A DNA stretch of 64,000 bases, from assembly GCA_035719345.1 (NCBI GenBank), contig DASTGH010000394.1, positions 39,647 to 103,646 on the forward strand, read 5' to 3'. Within the stretch, counting starts at the first letter, position 1, and every line of letters starts with the position of its first letter. The translations under genes were made by a program, and so were the position numbers. This DNA comes from Anaeromyxobacteraceae bacterium. GTDB taxonomy: Bacteria; Myxococcota; Myxococcia; Myxococcales; Anaeromyxobacteraceae. The notes under the pieces were generated by a model, which searched no databases, had not been told where the DNA came from, and was given only the letters and a program-made list of their open reading frames with translations. Positions 19,091 to 29,746 of the stretch are shown piece by piece.

Positions 19091-19408
19091 CTACCAGGCG
19101 ATCCGCATCGACATCCGAAGCACGCCGTGCCCTCGCGCGCAGTCGCGCAGGAGGCGCTCATCCGCGACGACCCAGCAGTCGTAGAGCCCGTCCGGCCCGA
19201 AGTCGCCGTCGAGCGTCCCGACGCGCTCCATGCGTACGGGCCTCGTGCACCGGACCTCGCCGGTGAGGTGCGCTTCCGGGACGTGCGCGCGCACGATGTC
19301 GTTCGACACGAGGCGGTCCGGCGACGCCCGCACCGCGTGGATGTCGTAGCGGTGCCTCCGACTCCGGGCGGCGTCGTCCTCGCGCCACTTCACGTCGTCC
19401 ACGGTCAT
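19091..19408 (-). CDS. Hypothetical protein
   Basis: 105-aa ORF with protein-like composition; no motif recognised. Confidence 0.35.
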   Translation of the reverse strand: MTVDDVKWREDDAARSRRHRYDIHAVRASPDRLVSNDIVRAHVPEAHLTGEVRCTRPVRMERVGTLDGDFGPDGLYDCWVVADERLLRDCARGHGVLRMSMRIAW

Positions 19409-19796
19409 GTCGCGACGGCACGCGCCGGTTGTTTAGGCGTGTAGCCCTTCTTCCGCACATGCTCGTCCTGTCGCGCTTCGAGAGCGGCGAGCTTGCTGAG
19501 CAGGGAGGCGCGCTTGGTCATGACGCGATCGACGCTCGCGGCGAAGCGCTGGTCGCGGACGGCGCGCTCACCTGGTCGGCCGCGCGCCGCGTACGGATTC
19601 GACGCCAGCGCCCGTCCTTCAGGTTCACCTCTGGCATCTCACGGAGCGACGCGCAGGAGGGCTCACGCTGCCGCAGCGGCCGCCTCCCGCGGCGGGCCGC
19701 CTCGCGCCGCCGCCGCGCCTCGAAGCGCCCACCCATGCAGCCCGCGGTACGAACACGGGCTCGGCGCAGTCGGCGACCGGCGGTTACGTTCCTGGC

Positions 19797-20243
19797 GTGC
19801 GCCCGGATCTGCCGGCCCCGACGGAGCTGTGGCGGGCCATCGACGCCTACCTCGCCGTCGCGTACGAGGGCGCGCCGCCGTCACCGGTCGTGGAGCGGCT
19901 CGTGAAGCTTCGCGGCATGCCCGCCTCGCAGCTCTACGACTGCGACGCCTTCGAGCGGGCCGACGACCGGTACGCCCTCCGCCTCGGCAACCGCTTCTAC
20001 GCGCACATGAAGCTCGTGGTGGAGGCGGCACCCTCGGGACGACCTCTCCTCCGCACGGATACCCATGACCGGCACGTGCTCGACCTCGTCGGCGCGAGCG
20101 ACGCCGGGCTACGGGAGCTCGTCGCGCGGAACGAGGCCATCGCGCGGGCGATCGAGGACTCGTGGACGGCGCTCGGGCTCCCCACCACGCGCGAGTACTG
20201 GCGCCAGGAGATGGCGCGCCGGCGCAGCCCGCGACCCTCGTGA
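19797..20243 (+). CDS. Conserved hypothetical protein
   Basis: 'AIDAYLAVAY...RYALRLGNRFYAHMKL...DTHD...NEAIARAIEDSW...GLPT'; strong GC3 bias. Confidence 0.65.
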   Translation: MRPDLPAPTELWRAIDAYLAVAYEGAPPSPVVERLVKLRGMPASQLYDCDAFERADDRYALRLGNRFYAHMKLVVEAAPSGRPLLRTDTHDRHVLDLVGASDAGLRELVARNEAIARAIEDSWTALGLPTTREYWRQEMARRRSPRPS

Positions 20244-20248
20244 GCGCT

Positions 20249-20611
20249 TCACGCGCGCGGGTGGCCTGCGGACAGCGTCTTCACGTGTCCCAGGAACACG
20301 TCGAGGTCGAAAGGCTTCTCGATGAAGAGGTCCTGGCCGAAGTCCTCGCGGCCCATGGCGCGCGCCGCGCTGATGACGATGATGGGGACGTCCCGGCCCG
20401 CGGGGCGGGAGCGGAGCGCGCGCACCATCTCCTGGCCGTTGAGCCTGGGCATCATCACGTCCGCCACGACCAGCCCCGGGGCGCTGCGCTCGAAGGCCTC
20501 CAGCCCCTCGAGCCCGTCGGCCGCGGCCACCACGTCGTAACCCTCGCTGGCGAGCAGCTCCGTGAGGACCTCGTTGATGACGACGTCGTCGTCCACGACA
20601 AGCACGGTCAT
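20249..20611 (-). CDS. Single-domain response regulator
   Basis: 'VLVVDDD...DVMMPRLNG...IIVISA...IEKPFDL'. Confidence 0.9.
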   Translation of the reverse strand: MTVLVVDDDVVINEVLTELLASEGYDVVAAADGLEGLEAFERSAPGLVVADVMMPRLNGQEMVRALRSRPAGRDVPIIVISAARAMGREDFGQDLFIEKPFDLDVFLGHVKTLSAGHPRA

Positions 20612-20777
20612 GGCCTGTGTCTCGGGGATGCAGCGTACCACGCAAGGCCGCTCCGCCCTGCCCGTCACGCGAGGGGGAGCGCGACGGCGTGTACGTTGTC
20701 CTCCGCCCGGCTAGGTCTCCCTGCGCGCGGATCGAGGTCGTCCGTCCACCCGCGCAGCAAGGGAGCGTCCGGTGCCC

Positions 20778-22280
20778 ATGGAGCCGCGGGGGCCTCACAG
20801 CATTCGAGCGTGGCACTCGGAGGAGCGGGCGCAGCTCGTCCTCGACAGCATCCGCGAGTATGCCATCTTCATGCTCGATCCGTCGGGCCGCGTCGAGAGC
20901 TGGAACACGGGAGCGGCGCGCATCCTGGGCTACGACTCGGACGAGGTCCTGGGAAAGCACTTCGCGCGCTTCTACCGCCGTGAGGAGTCGGCCCAGGGCG
21001 ACCCCGACCGCGACCTGCAGGTGGCGCGGGAGCTCGGCCGCTTCGAGCACGACGGCTGGCGAGTCCGGAAGGGCGGCTCGCGCTTCTGGGCGAGCGTGCT
21101 CGTCACCGCGATGCTCGACCCTGGCGGGCAGGTCGAGGGCTTCGCGGTCGTGGTGCGCGACCTCACCGAGCGGCGGATGATCGAGGAGGCGCTGCGCCAG
21201 AGCGAAGAGGGGCTCCGCCTCCTCGTGCACCAGGTCAAGGAGTACGCGATCTTCCGGCTCGATGCGGCGGGCCACGTCGCGAGCTGGAACGCCGGCGCGG
21301 AGCGCCTCAAGGGGTACGCCGCGGAGGAGATCATCGGGCAGCACTTCAGCCGCTTCTACACCGAGGAGGACCTGCGGGCGGGAAAGCCGCAGCGCGAGCT
21401 CGAGGCGGCGACACGGGAAGGGCAGTGCGAGGACGAGGGCTGGCGGGTCCGCAAGGATGGCTCGCGGTTCTGGGCGAACGTGCTCATCACCGCGCTGCGC
21501 TCGCCCACCGGGGAGCTGCGCGGGTTCGGTAAGGTGACGCGCGATCTCACCGCGAGCCGGAGCGCCGAGCAGGAACGCGTGCGGCTCGCGCGCGCCGAGG
21601 AGAGCGTGCGTCTGCGGGACGAATTCCTGTCGATCGCCTCGCACGAGCTGAAGACGCCCATCACGGCGTTGCGGATGCAGCTCCAGTTCCTGCGGCGGCG
21701 CCTCTCGACGATGGACGCCGAGATCAGCACGAAGTTCAACCGCCTGACGCGGAGCGCCGAGCGGCTCGGCGTCCTCGTCGATCAATTGCTCGACGCCTCG
21801 CGGCTCGCCACCGACCGGTTCGCGCTGGAGCGGCGCCCCCTGAGGCTCGACGAGGCGGTGCGCGACGTGGTGGAGCAGCTCCGCGACGCGGCGGAGCACT
21901 CCGGCTGCACGATCACCTTCACGGCCGCCGGGGAGGTCATCGGGAGCTGGGATCGCGCGCGCGTCCAGCAGGTCGTCGCGAACCTGCTGTCCAACGCGAT
22001 GAAGTTCGCCGCCGCCGCTCCCGTCGAGGTCGGGCTGTCGATGGACCGCGGCGAGGCCGTGCTGGTCGTGGCGGACCACGGCCCCGGGATCGCGCCGGAC
22101 GCCCTGCGGCACCTCTTTGGCCGGTTCCAGCGCTCCGGGCCCGTCCACAACTACGGTGGCATGGGGCTGGGTCTCTACGTCGCCCGGGAGATCGTCCACG
22201 CGCACGGCGGCTCGATCTCGGCCGAGAACGGGCCGCAGGGAGGCGCGCGGATCACCGTCCGGCTTCCGACCGACTCGTGA
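20778..22280 (+). CDS. PAS-PAS sensor histidine kinase
   Basis: Two 'EYAIF.LD..G.V.SWN.GA.R..GY...E..G.HF.RFY' PAS domains; 'SIASHELKTP'; 'NLLSNAMKF'; 'GMGLGLY'. Confidence 0.95.
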   Translation: MEPRGPHSIRAWHSEERAQLVLDSIREYAIFMLDPSGRVESWNTGAARILGYDSDEVLGKHFARFYRREESAQGDPDRDLQVARELGRFEHDGWRVRKGGSRFWASVLVTAMLDPGGQVEGFAVVVRDLTERRMIEEALRQSEEGLRLLVHQVKEYAIFRLDAAGHVASWNAGAERLKGYAAEEIIGQHFSRFYTEEDLRAGKPQRELEAATREGQCEDEGWRVRKDGSRFWANVLITALRSPTGELRGFGKVTRDLTASRSAEQERVRLARAEESVRLRDEFLSIASHELKTPITALRMQLQFLRRRLSTMDAEISTKFNRLTRSAERLGVLVDQLLDASRLATDRFALERRPLRLDEAVRDVVEQLRDAAEHSGCTITFTAAGEVIGSWDRARVQQVVANLLSNAMKFAAAAPVEVGLSMDRGEAVLVVADHGPGIAPDALRHLFGRFQRSGPVHNYGGMGLGLYVAREIVHAHGGSISAENGPQGGARITVRLPTDS

Positions 22281-22361
22281 GGCGCTCGGGGCGGGCGAGG
22301 AAGGCGTCGAGGTCGAACGCTGCGGCAGGGACGAGTTCACTCGAGGAGGTCTCGATGAAAC

Positions 22362-23412
<1,051 letters not shown>

Positions 23413-23498
23413 GGTCGGTGGGAGCGGGGTTCTACGATCCGAGCCCCGTATGGTCAAGGGGTTTTTCGGCGGCAGTCGCTGCGGGCGCCGCCGGGATG

Positions 23499-24347
23499 TC
23501 AGCCGCCTCGGACGCGCGCCAGCACGGCGCCCGGGAGGGCCGCAAGCGCGGCGAGCGCCACCATCGTCGCGCCCGTCGGGGTCTGCCAGAACCAGGAGGC
23601 GAGGTACCCCGCCCCCGCGGCGGCGGCTCCGACGAGCGTCGCCAGCGCGAACGCTCCTCCGAGGCGCCTCGCCGTGAGGAGCGCGCCGGCGGCCGGGAGC
23701 GTCAGGAACGCGAACACGGGCAGCGCGCCGAGCGCGCGCGCCGCCACCGGCACCGCCAGGCCGAGCGTGAAGAAGAGCAGGCCGTTCCAGAGCTGCACCC
23801 GGTACCCCAGCGCCGCGGCGGTCTCCCCGTCGAACGATACGAAGACGAGCTCCTTGCGAAAGCGGGCGTGGACCACGGCGCAGAATGCGACCACCACGGC
23901 CAGCACGACCAGGTCGGCGAGCGGCACGGCCACGGCGTTCCCGAACACCATCGCGTTCAGGTCGTGGGCGGCATGGACGAGCCGGTTCGCGCCGAGCACC
24001 ACCAGCGCGCCCGCGATGACGTACGTCGCCCCGACCGGCGTCTCGGCCGGCAGGCGGCGGCCGTGGAGCGCGGTCCCGAGCACGAGCGCGCCCACCACCG
24101 AGAACGCGATGGCGACGGCGAGCTGCACGCTGGCCCGCTCCACCTCGACGCCGAGCGACTCCTCCAGGATGAGCGCCGTGATGAGCCCGAACGTCGAGAG
24201 CTGCGTCAGCGCCGCCGAGACGAAGACCGTCCGCCGCAGCACGACGTACACGCCGAGGAAGCCGCAGAGCGCGCCCGCGAGGAGCGAGGCGGCGAGCGGC
24301 TCCCGCCAGATCTCCTTCGCCGCGAGGAAGTCCTGCCAGGCGCTCAT
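23499..24347 (-). CDS. Metal (Zn/Mn) ABC transporter permease, ZnuB-like
   Basis: 'LGVYVVLRR.VFVSAAL', 'VSFDGETAAALG', 'LGALPVFAFLTLPA'. Confidence 0.9.
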   Translation of the reverse strand: MSAWQDFLAAKEIWREPLAASLLAGALCGFLGVYVVLRRTVFVSAALTQLSTFGLITALILEESLGVEVERASVQLAVAIAFSVVGALVLGTALHGRRLPAETPVGATYVIAGALVVLGANRLVHAAHDLNAMVFGNAVAVPLADLVVLAVVVAFCAVVHARFRKELVFVSFDGETAAALGYRVQLWNGLLFFTLGLAVPVAARALGALPVFAFLTLPAAGALLTARRLGGAFALATLVGAAAAGAGYLASWFWQTPTGATMVALAALAALPGAVLARVRGG

Positions 24348-24354
24348 GGCCTCG

Positions 24355-25155
24355 TCACCGCTCCCCGCTCCCCCGCTTCACCGGAGCGAGCGTTTCCTTG
24401 TGCTGCGGGTACACGAATCGCCGGCCATCCTCCTCGCGGACCGTCACGCCGCGCCCGTAGAGCTCGCCGAGCGCCGCCGGCTGCAGCATCCGCTCCAGCG
24501 GGCCGACGAGGAACAGCCCCTTGTCCTTGTCCACGAACGCGAGCTGCCGGGCGTAGTTCGCGACCGCCTCCAGCCGGTGCGAGATCATGACCACCGCCAG
24601 CCCGCCGCCGCGGTGCAGCTCGCGGAGCACGTCCATGGCGTCGAGCTCCGCGCTCGGGTCCATCCCGCTCGTCGGCTCGTCCAGCGCGAGCAGCTCGGGA
24701 TCGGCGGCCAGGGCGCGCGCGATGAGCGTCCGCTGCCGCTGGCCCCCGGAGAGCGTCCGGAACGACCGGCCGGCGAGGTCTCCGATCCCCACCCGCGCCA
24801 GCGCTGCGCCCACCGCCTCGTGGTCGGCTGCGCCGGGCCGGCGCCCCACGCCGACGAGCCGGTAGCGTCCCATGAGCGCCACGTCGGCCACGGTGAGCGG
24901 CCAGTGCGCCTCGACGTGATCCCGCTGTGGCACGTAGCCGACGCGCACGGACGGGCGCGCCTCGCGCCGGCCGCCGATCACCGGCAGCACGCCGAGCAGC
25001 GTGCGGAGCAGCGTCGTCTTGCCCCCGCCGTTCGGCCCCACCACGGCCAGGAAATCCCCGGGGCCCACCTGCAGCGAGATGCCGCGCAGGAGGGCAGCGC
25101 CGCCGTAACCGATGGCGGCGTCCTCGAGCGCGACGAGCGGCGCCGGCCCGTTCAC
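24355..25155 (-). CDS. Metal ABC transporter ATPase, ZnuC-like
   Basis: GPNGGGKTT, GYVPQR, LSGGQRQR, LDEP. Confidence 0.92.
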   Translation of the reverse strand: MNGPAPLVALEDAAIGYGGAALLRGISLQVGPGDFLAVVGPNGGGKTTLLRTLLGVLPVIGGRREARPSVRVGYVPQRDHVEAHWPLTVADVALMGRYRLVGVGRRPGAADHEAVGAALARVGIGDLAGRSFRTLSGGQRQRTLIARALAADPELLALDEPTSGMDPSAELDAMDVLRELHRGGGLAVVMISHRLEAVANYARQLAFVDKDKGLFLVGPLERMLQPAALGELYGRGVTVREEDGRRFVYPQHKETLAPVKRGSGER

Positions 25156-26096
25156 GCGCGGACCGCCCCGACGACGAGGCCGACGAGCGCGTCCATGTAC
25201 GCGAACCAGTCCTTCGGGTCCACCTTCCCACCCTCGTCCTTGAAGCCGCCCACGTCGCCGGGGATGGCGAGCACCTTCGCCTGCGTCCGCTTCGCCACCA
25301 CCTCGGCCGAGCGCAGATCGTAGTAGGCCTCCACCAGGATCGCGCGCACATCCTGCGCCCGGATCACCCCGACGAGCTCGGCGAGGTGGCTCGGCGGCGG
25401 CGCCGTCCCCGGCCTGGGCTCGAGGTAGCCGGCGACGACCAGGCCCGCCCAGTCCACGAAGTAGGTGAGCGAGTTGTGGTGCGTGACGACGCGCTTGCCC
25501 TTCGCCGGCGCGAGCGCGGCATGCCAGCGCGCCTCCGCCGCCGCCACCCGCCCCTTGAAGTCGGCGGCGCGCGCGCCGTAGGCGGAGGAGCCCGCCGCGT
25601 CGAGCTCGGCGAGCTTCGCCGCGAGGGCGTCGGCGACGCGCACCACCCGCCGCGGATCGCTCATGAAGTGCGGGTTGCCCGCCGGGTGCAGGTCGCCCAT
25701 GGAGCGATCGACCGGCCCCTGCGGGACCTCCATGACGCCCACGGCCTGGCTCGCGGTGAAGCGCCGCCGGCCGCCGGGCTGGATGTCCGGGTTTCGCGAC
25801 TGGTTCACGAGCGGGGGAAGCCAGCCCACCTCCAGGTCGAGCCCGACGTCGACGAGCAGGTCGGCCGAGCGGAGCTTCACCGCCAGCGTCGGGTTCGCGT
25901 CCACGAAGTGCGGGTCCTGGATCCCGCGCGAGAGGCTCGCCACCTCGACGCGGTCGCCGCCCACCTCGCGCGCGATCGAGGCGAGCCCCTCGGTCGTCGC
26001 GATCACCTTCAGCGCGGCGTCCGAGCGGGCGGGGAGGAGCGCGAGCGCGGCGGCGGCGAGCGTCGTGAGCCAGGCGTGGGTCGTCATCTCGTTCAC
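25152..26096 (-). CDS. Metal ABC substrate-binding protein (ZnuA/TroA family)
   Basis: 'QDPHFV', 'GLDLEVGWLP', 'GDLHPAGNPHF', 'THHNSLTYF'. Confidence 0.92.
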   Translation of the reverse strand: MNEMTTHAWLTTLAAAALALLPARSDAALKVIATTEGLASIAREVGGDRVEVASLSRGIQDPHFVDANPTLAVKLRSADLLVDVGLDLEVGWLPPLVNQSRNPDIQPGGRRRFTASQAVGVMEVPQGPVDRSMGDLHPAGNPHFMSDPRRVVRVADALAAKLAELDAAGSSAYGARAADFKGRVAAAEARWHAALAPAKGKRVVTHHNSLTYFVDWAGLVVAGYLEPRPGTAPPPSHLAELVGVIRAQDVRAILVEAYYDLRSAEVVAKRTQAKVLAIPGDVGGFKDEGGKVDPKDWFAYMDALVGLVVGAVRA

Positions 26097-26103
26097 CGTC
26101 GAT

Positions 26104-27348
26104 CTAGAAGGGATGGGCGCCGTGCGCGCCGATCGCGAACTCCGCCTGCAACAGCGCCTCGATCCCGTCCTGGCCGCCGGGGAGCCGCGCCCAGGCGAGC
26201 TGGGTCCGCAGCCGCTGGAACTCGCTCGGGAGCCAGGACCCGAGCGCGGCGAACCTCACCTCCGGCGCGCCCGTGCCGAGGCCGGTCGCCGGCGCGCGCT
26301 CGGCGCGCACTCCGTACTCCCAGTATGGTCCGTGCCGCACGCTCGCCTGGAGGTAGCCGCCCCAGAGCGTGCCGGGGACATCGGTGGCGCCGGCGTTCGC
26401 GTCGAGGCTGCGGACGAGGAGCTCGCCCTGCAGCGCCAGGTACGACCGCGACTCGGGCGGCCGGACCTTGAGGTAGGCGTCCGCGCCGTAGATCTGCCGC
26501 CACGCGCCGCTGCCCGGCTCGTCGAGCCAGCCACCGGAGAGGCCGACGCCGAGCGTCTCGGCCGCGCCCACGTCGAAGAACTGCAGCAGCCGCGCGTACC
26601 CTCCGTTGCGCTCGGCCGTCTCGAAGCCGGGGGTCGCCGACAGGTAGGCCACGTGCACCTCGGCGAACCAGGGCGTGGGCGCGAGCCAGGCGACGTCGAG
26701 CCCGGGCCCCTTGAGCCCGTCCGGACCGAGGAGCCGCGCCAGCGCCAGCGGGCGATCCACGAACGACCACACGTGGCCGTGTTGCTGGTTCTGCCTGCCC
26801 ACCGGCGCGAACAGCTTGCCGGCGCGTACCTGGAGACTCCCCGGGAGCCGCAGCGTGGTGAGGTACGCCTCCTCCACCTCGACGCCCTCGCTGGCGAACG
26901 AGATGAAGACGTCGGCGCGGGCGTACGGATCCACCACCGCCTGGATCCCGAGCTCGAGCTCCTGGAAGAGGGGCTTCACCTGGCCCGCCGTCGGCGCGAA
27001 GGGATCGCCGCGCGGCGAGAGGGTCGCGACGTCGAGCTGGTTGTAGGCGAGCGCCGCCGAGCCGATGGCGGAGATGTCGGGCAGGAGCAGCAGCCGCGCG
27101 AAGGGATTGCCGCCGGTCTGGGTGGCGGGCGGCGACGGTTGCCCCTGCTCCTGGGCCGCGGAAGGCGACGCCGCCGGCGGGGGTGCCGGCGCGGCGGGCT
27201 GGGGCGACTGCCCCAGCTCCTTCGCGATCTCGTCCTCCAGCTTCTTCTGCTCCTCCGCAGAGAGCTTCTTCTGCTCCTCCGGCGACGGGGCGCCTTCGGC
27301 CCCGCCCCGGGCAGCGGCGAGCACGCTCGCCACGAGCAGCCAGTGCAT
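26104..27348 (-). CDS. Zinc-regulated outer-membrane beta-barrel protein
   Basis: 'FQELELGIQAVVDPY', 'VEVEEAY', 'G..NQQHGHVWSFVDRP', C-terminal 'GAHGAHPF'. Confidence 0.8.
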   Translation of the reverse strand: MHWLLVASVLAAARGGAEGAPSPEEQKKLSAEEQKKLEDEIAKELGQSPQPAAPAPPPAASPSAAQEQGQPSPPATQTGGNPFARLLLLPDISAIGSAALAYNQLDVATLSPRGDPFAPTAGQVKPLFQELELGIQAVVDPYARADVFISFASEGVEVEEAYLTTLRLPGSLQVRAGKLFAPVGRQNQQHGHVWSFVDRPLALARLLGPDGLKGPGLDVAWLAPTPWFAEVHVAYLSATPGFETAERNGGYARLLQFFDVGAAETLGVGLSGGWLDEPGSGAWRQIYGADAYLKVRPPESRSYLALQGELLVRSLDANAGATDVPGTLWGGYLQASVRHGPYWEYGVRAERAPATGLGTGAPEVRFAALGSWLPSEFQRLRTQLAWARLPGGQDGIEALLQAEFAIGAHGAHPF

Positions 27349-27434
27349 GATCCACCTCGCGCGCGGGACGGACGGTGGCGCAGCGCACCCACGTCCGACG
27401 CCGGACGTGCGAGGGGCGCCGCGCTCTCGACCAC

Positions 27435-27704
27435 CTACGCGCGCGGGGGCGACTGACCGGGGACGGCGCCGCGAGGGAACCCCACGGCGACGACCGGCGC
27501 GGGCGCGGGCGAGACGGCGCCGCACGGGTTGGCACCGGGCGAGACGTCGGGCGTGGCCGACCGCGCCGCATCGCCGCTCGCCGCGGCGCACGCCACGCAG
27601 GCGTGCGTCCCGAACTGGCCCTCGTGCGCGTGCGGCGCCGCGCCCACCAGGAGGACGAGGACCGCCGCGGCGATGGCCACGAGCGCGCGCACGGCCGCAC
27701 TCAT
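27435..27704 (-). CDS. DUF2946-like leader protein (signal/TM helix, HxH, CxxC, C-terminal QSPP)
   Basis: GGGAG RBS; MSAAVRALVAIAAAVLVLLVGAAPHAH...HACVAC...PGQSPPRA*. Confidence 0.7.
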   Translation of the reverse strand: MSAAVRALVAIAAAVLVLLVGAAPHAHEGQFGTHACVACAAASGDAARSATPDVSPGANPCGAVSPAPAPVVAVGFPRGAVPGQSPPRA

Positions 27705-27723
27705 AATCACTCCCGCCGAGGAG

Positions 27724-28896
27724 TCAAGCGGCCGCCACGACGCCCTCGGCGACGAGCCGCCGCACCTCGGGCTCGCCGAAACCGCATTCCGCCAGCACCT
27801 CGAGGGTGTGCTCGCCGAGGCGCGGCGCGGGGCGCAGCGCGACCGCCGCCCCGTCGACTCGCACCGGCGTCCGCAGCGCGCGCAGCGCCCGCCCCTCCCA
27901 CGGCGTCTCCACCTCGCCGAACACGCCGCGCGCGCGGAGCTGCGGGTCGTCCTGCGGCTCCGCGCCCTCGAGGACGGCGGTGAGGCACACGTCGTGATCG
28001 CGCCCCAGGGCCACCCAGTCCGCACGCGTGCGCGAGGCGAAGAGCGCCTCCAGCTCCTCGACCGGACCGCGCCCGCCGCCGTCGAGCTGCCGGTCGGCCA
28101 GCTCGGGCCGTCCGATGGCCTCGCAGAACCGCCGGAAGAAATGCGGCTCGAGCGCGCCCAGCGCCACGAAGCCGCCGTCGGAGGTGCGGTACGTGCGGTA
28201 CCAGGCAGCGCCGCCGGTGAGGCCCTCCTCGCCTCGCCGGAGCGGCGAGCCGCGCGCCCACGCGCTCCCGAGCTGCAACGTCAGCATCCCGAGCACGGCC
28301 TCGGTCATGGACGCGTCGACGAAGCCCCCCTGGCCGGTGGCGCCCCGGCGGACCAGCGCCGCGAGGATGCCCGCCACCGCCACCCAGGCGCCGCCGAGGT
28401 CGGCCGCCTGCACCGCCAGCGGCCACGGCTGCTCGGCCGGGCCGTTCAGCGCGAGCGCGCCCGCGATGGCCGCGTAGTTGAGATCGTGGCCGGCGCGCTC
28501 CCGGTACGGGCCGTCCTGGCCGAACCCGGTGACGGCGCACACGACGAGGCGCGGGTTCGCGGCGCGCAGCGCCTCGCGCCCGGCGCCGAGCCGCTCGAGC
28601 ACGCCCGGGCGGAAGCTCTCCAGGAGGACGTCGGCGCGGCGCGCCAGGCGGAGCAGCACCTCGGCGCCGCCGGGCGTCTTGAGGTCGAGCGCCAGCGAGC
28701 GCTTGTTGCGGTTCAGCGCGTGGAACGCGCCGGACTGCTCGCCGGCGAGCGGCGGGATCCAGCGCAGGTAGTCGCCGCCCTTCGGGTCCTCCACCTTCAC
28801 CACATCGGCGCCGAGGTCGGCGAGGACGAGCGAGGCGTACGGGCCGGGCAGCAGCCGCGAGAGGTCGAGGACGCGAAGGCCCTGGAGCGGGAGCAT
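27724..28896 (-). CDS. CaiB/BaiF CoA-transferase / alpha-methylacyl-CoA racemase family
   Basis: '[18 protein letters not shown]...[12 protein letters not shown]', 'NRNKRS', 'GHDLNY'. Confidence 0.93.
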   Translation of the reverse strand: MLPLQGLRVLDLSRLLPGPYASLVLADLGADVVKVEDPKGGDYLRWIPPLAGEQSGAFHALNRNKRSLALDLKTPGGAEVLLRLARRADVLLESFRPGVLERLGAGREALRAANPRLVVCAVTGFGQDGPYRERAGHDLNYAAIAGALALNGPAEQPWPLAVQAADLGGAWVAVAGILAALVRRGATGQGGFVDASMTEAVLGMLTLQLGSAWARGSPLRRGEEGLTGGAAWYRTYRTSDGGFVALGALEPHFFRRFCEAIGRPELADRQLDGGGRGPVEELEALFASRTRADWVALGRDHDVCLTAVLEGAEPQDDPQLRARGVFGEVETPWEGRALRALRTPVRVDGAAVALRPAPRLGEHTLEVLAECGFGEPEVRRLVAEGVVAAA

Positions 28897-28920
28897 CGAT
28901 CCTCCGCTCGCTCGGGAGGG

Positions 28921-29259
28921 CTAGGTGAGGATCTGCTGCAGCTTCATGGCGAGGCCCATGTCGCCCTGGATCTTGAGCTTCCCCGACATGAACGCCATCT
29001 GCGGGTTGAGCTTGCCGTTCACGATCGAGAGGAAGTCCTGATCCGTGCAGCTCACGGTGCATTTCGCCGCCGCCGAGGCGCCGGCCTCGACCGCGCCGCC
29101 GGGCTTGGTGCAGTCGACCGCCCACTGCCCGCCGCCGGGGCCGGAGATGTTGAACTGGTAGACCGAGTTGATCTTCGCGACCACGTCCGGCTTGGCGGAG
29201 AGCCGTTCGGGCATGTGCCGCTCGAAGACGTCCTTCACGCTCGCAGCCTGGCCGGCCAT
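28921..29259 (-). CDS. SCP2 sterol-binding domain protein
   Basis: 'GKLNPQMAFMSGKLKIQGDMGLAMKL'. Confidence 0.92.
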   Translation of the reverse strand: MAGQAASVKDVFERHMPERLSAKPDVVAKINSVYQFNISGPGGGQWAVDCTKPGGAVEAGASAAAKCTVSCTDQDFLSIVNGKLNPQMAFMSGKLKIQGDMGLAMKLQQILT

Positions 29260-29362
29260 GCACGCTCCCCCGCGTTGACTGCAGAATCAACGCACAACGT
29301 TAGGGAGCGGTCGCTCGCGTGTCAACGCGAAACCGGCCGCCGCACCAGCGCCCCTGCGAGGC

Positions 29363-29737
29363 TCACCGCTGCACCAGCCGGTCCACCGCCTGCGTCAGCG
29401 CGTCGGGGTCGACCGGCTTCACCAGCACGTCATCCACGACGCTGCCGCGCGCGCTGGAGATGTCCTCGCGCTCGGCGTAGCCGGTGACGACGACGACCGG
29501 CACCCGCGGCGCGATCTGCTTCGCGGCGCGCGCCACGTCGAGGCCGCCCATGCCCGGCATGCCCACGTCGGTGACGACCGCGTTCACCGGGCTCTCGGAG
29601 AGCTGCCGCAGCCCCTCCGCCCCGCTGCGCGCCGACACGACCTCGTAGCCGGCCGACTCGAGCACCTCGGCCATGAGCTCGCGGTTGTCGTCGTCGTCCT
29701 CGACGAGCAGCACGCGCGGGCGGGCCTGGGTCGCCAT
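29363..29737 (-). CDS. Single-domain response regulator
   Basis: 'VLLVEDD', 'TDVGMPGMGG', 'VVTGY', 'VKPVD'. Confidence 0.92.
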   Translation of the reverse strand: MATQARPRVLLVEDDDDNRELMAEVLESAGYEVVSARSGAEGLRQLSESPVNAVVTDVGMPGMGGLDVARAAKQIAPRVPVVVVTGYAEREDISSARGSVVDDVLVKPVDPDALTQAVDRLVQR

Positions 29738-29746
29738 CCGATGCCC

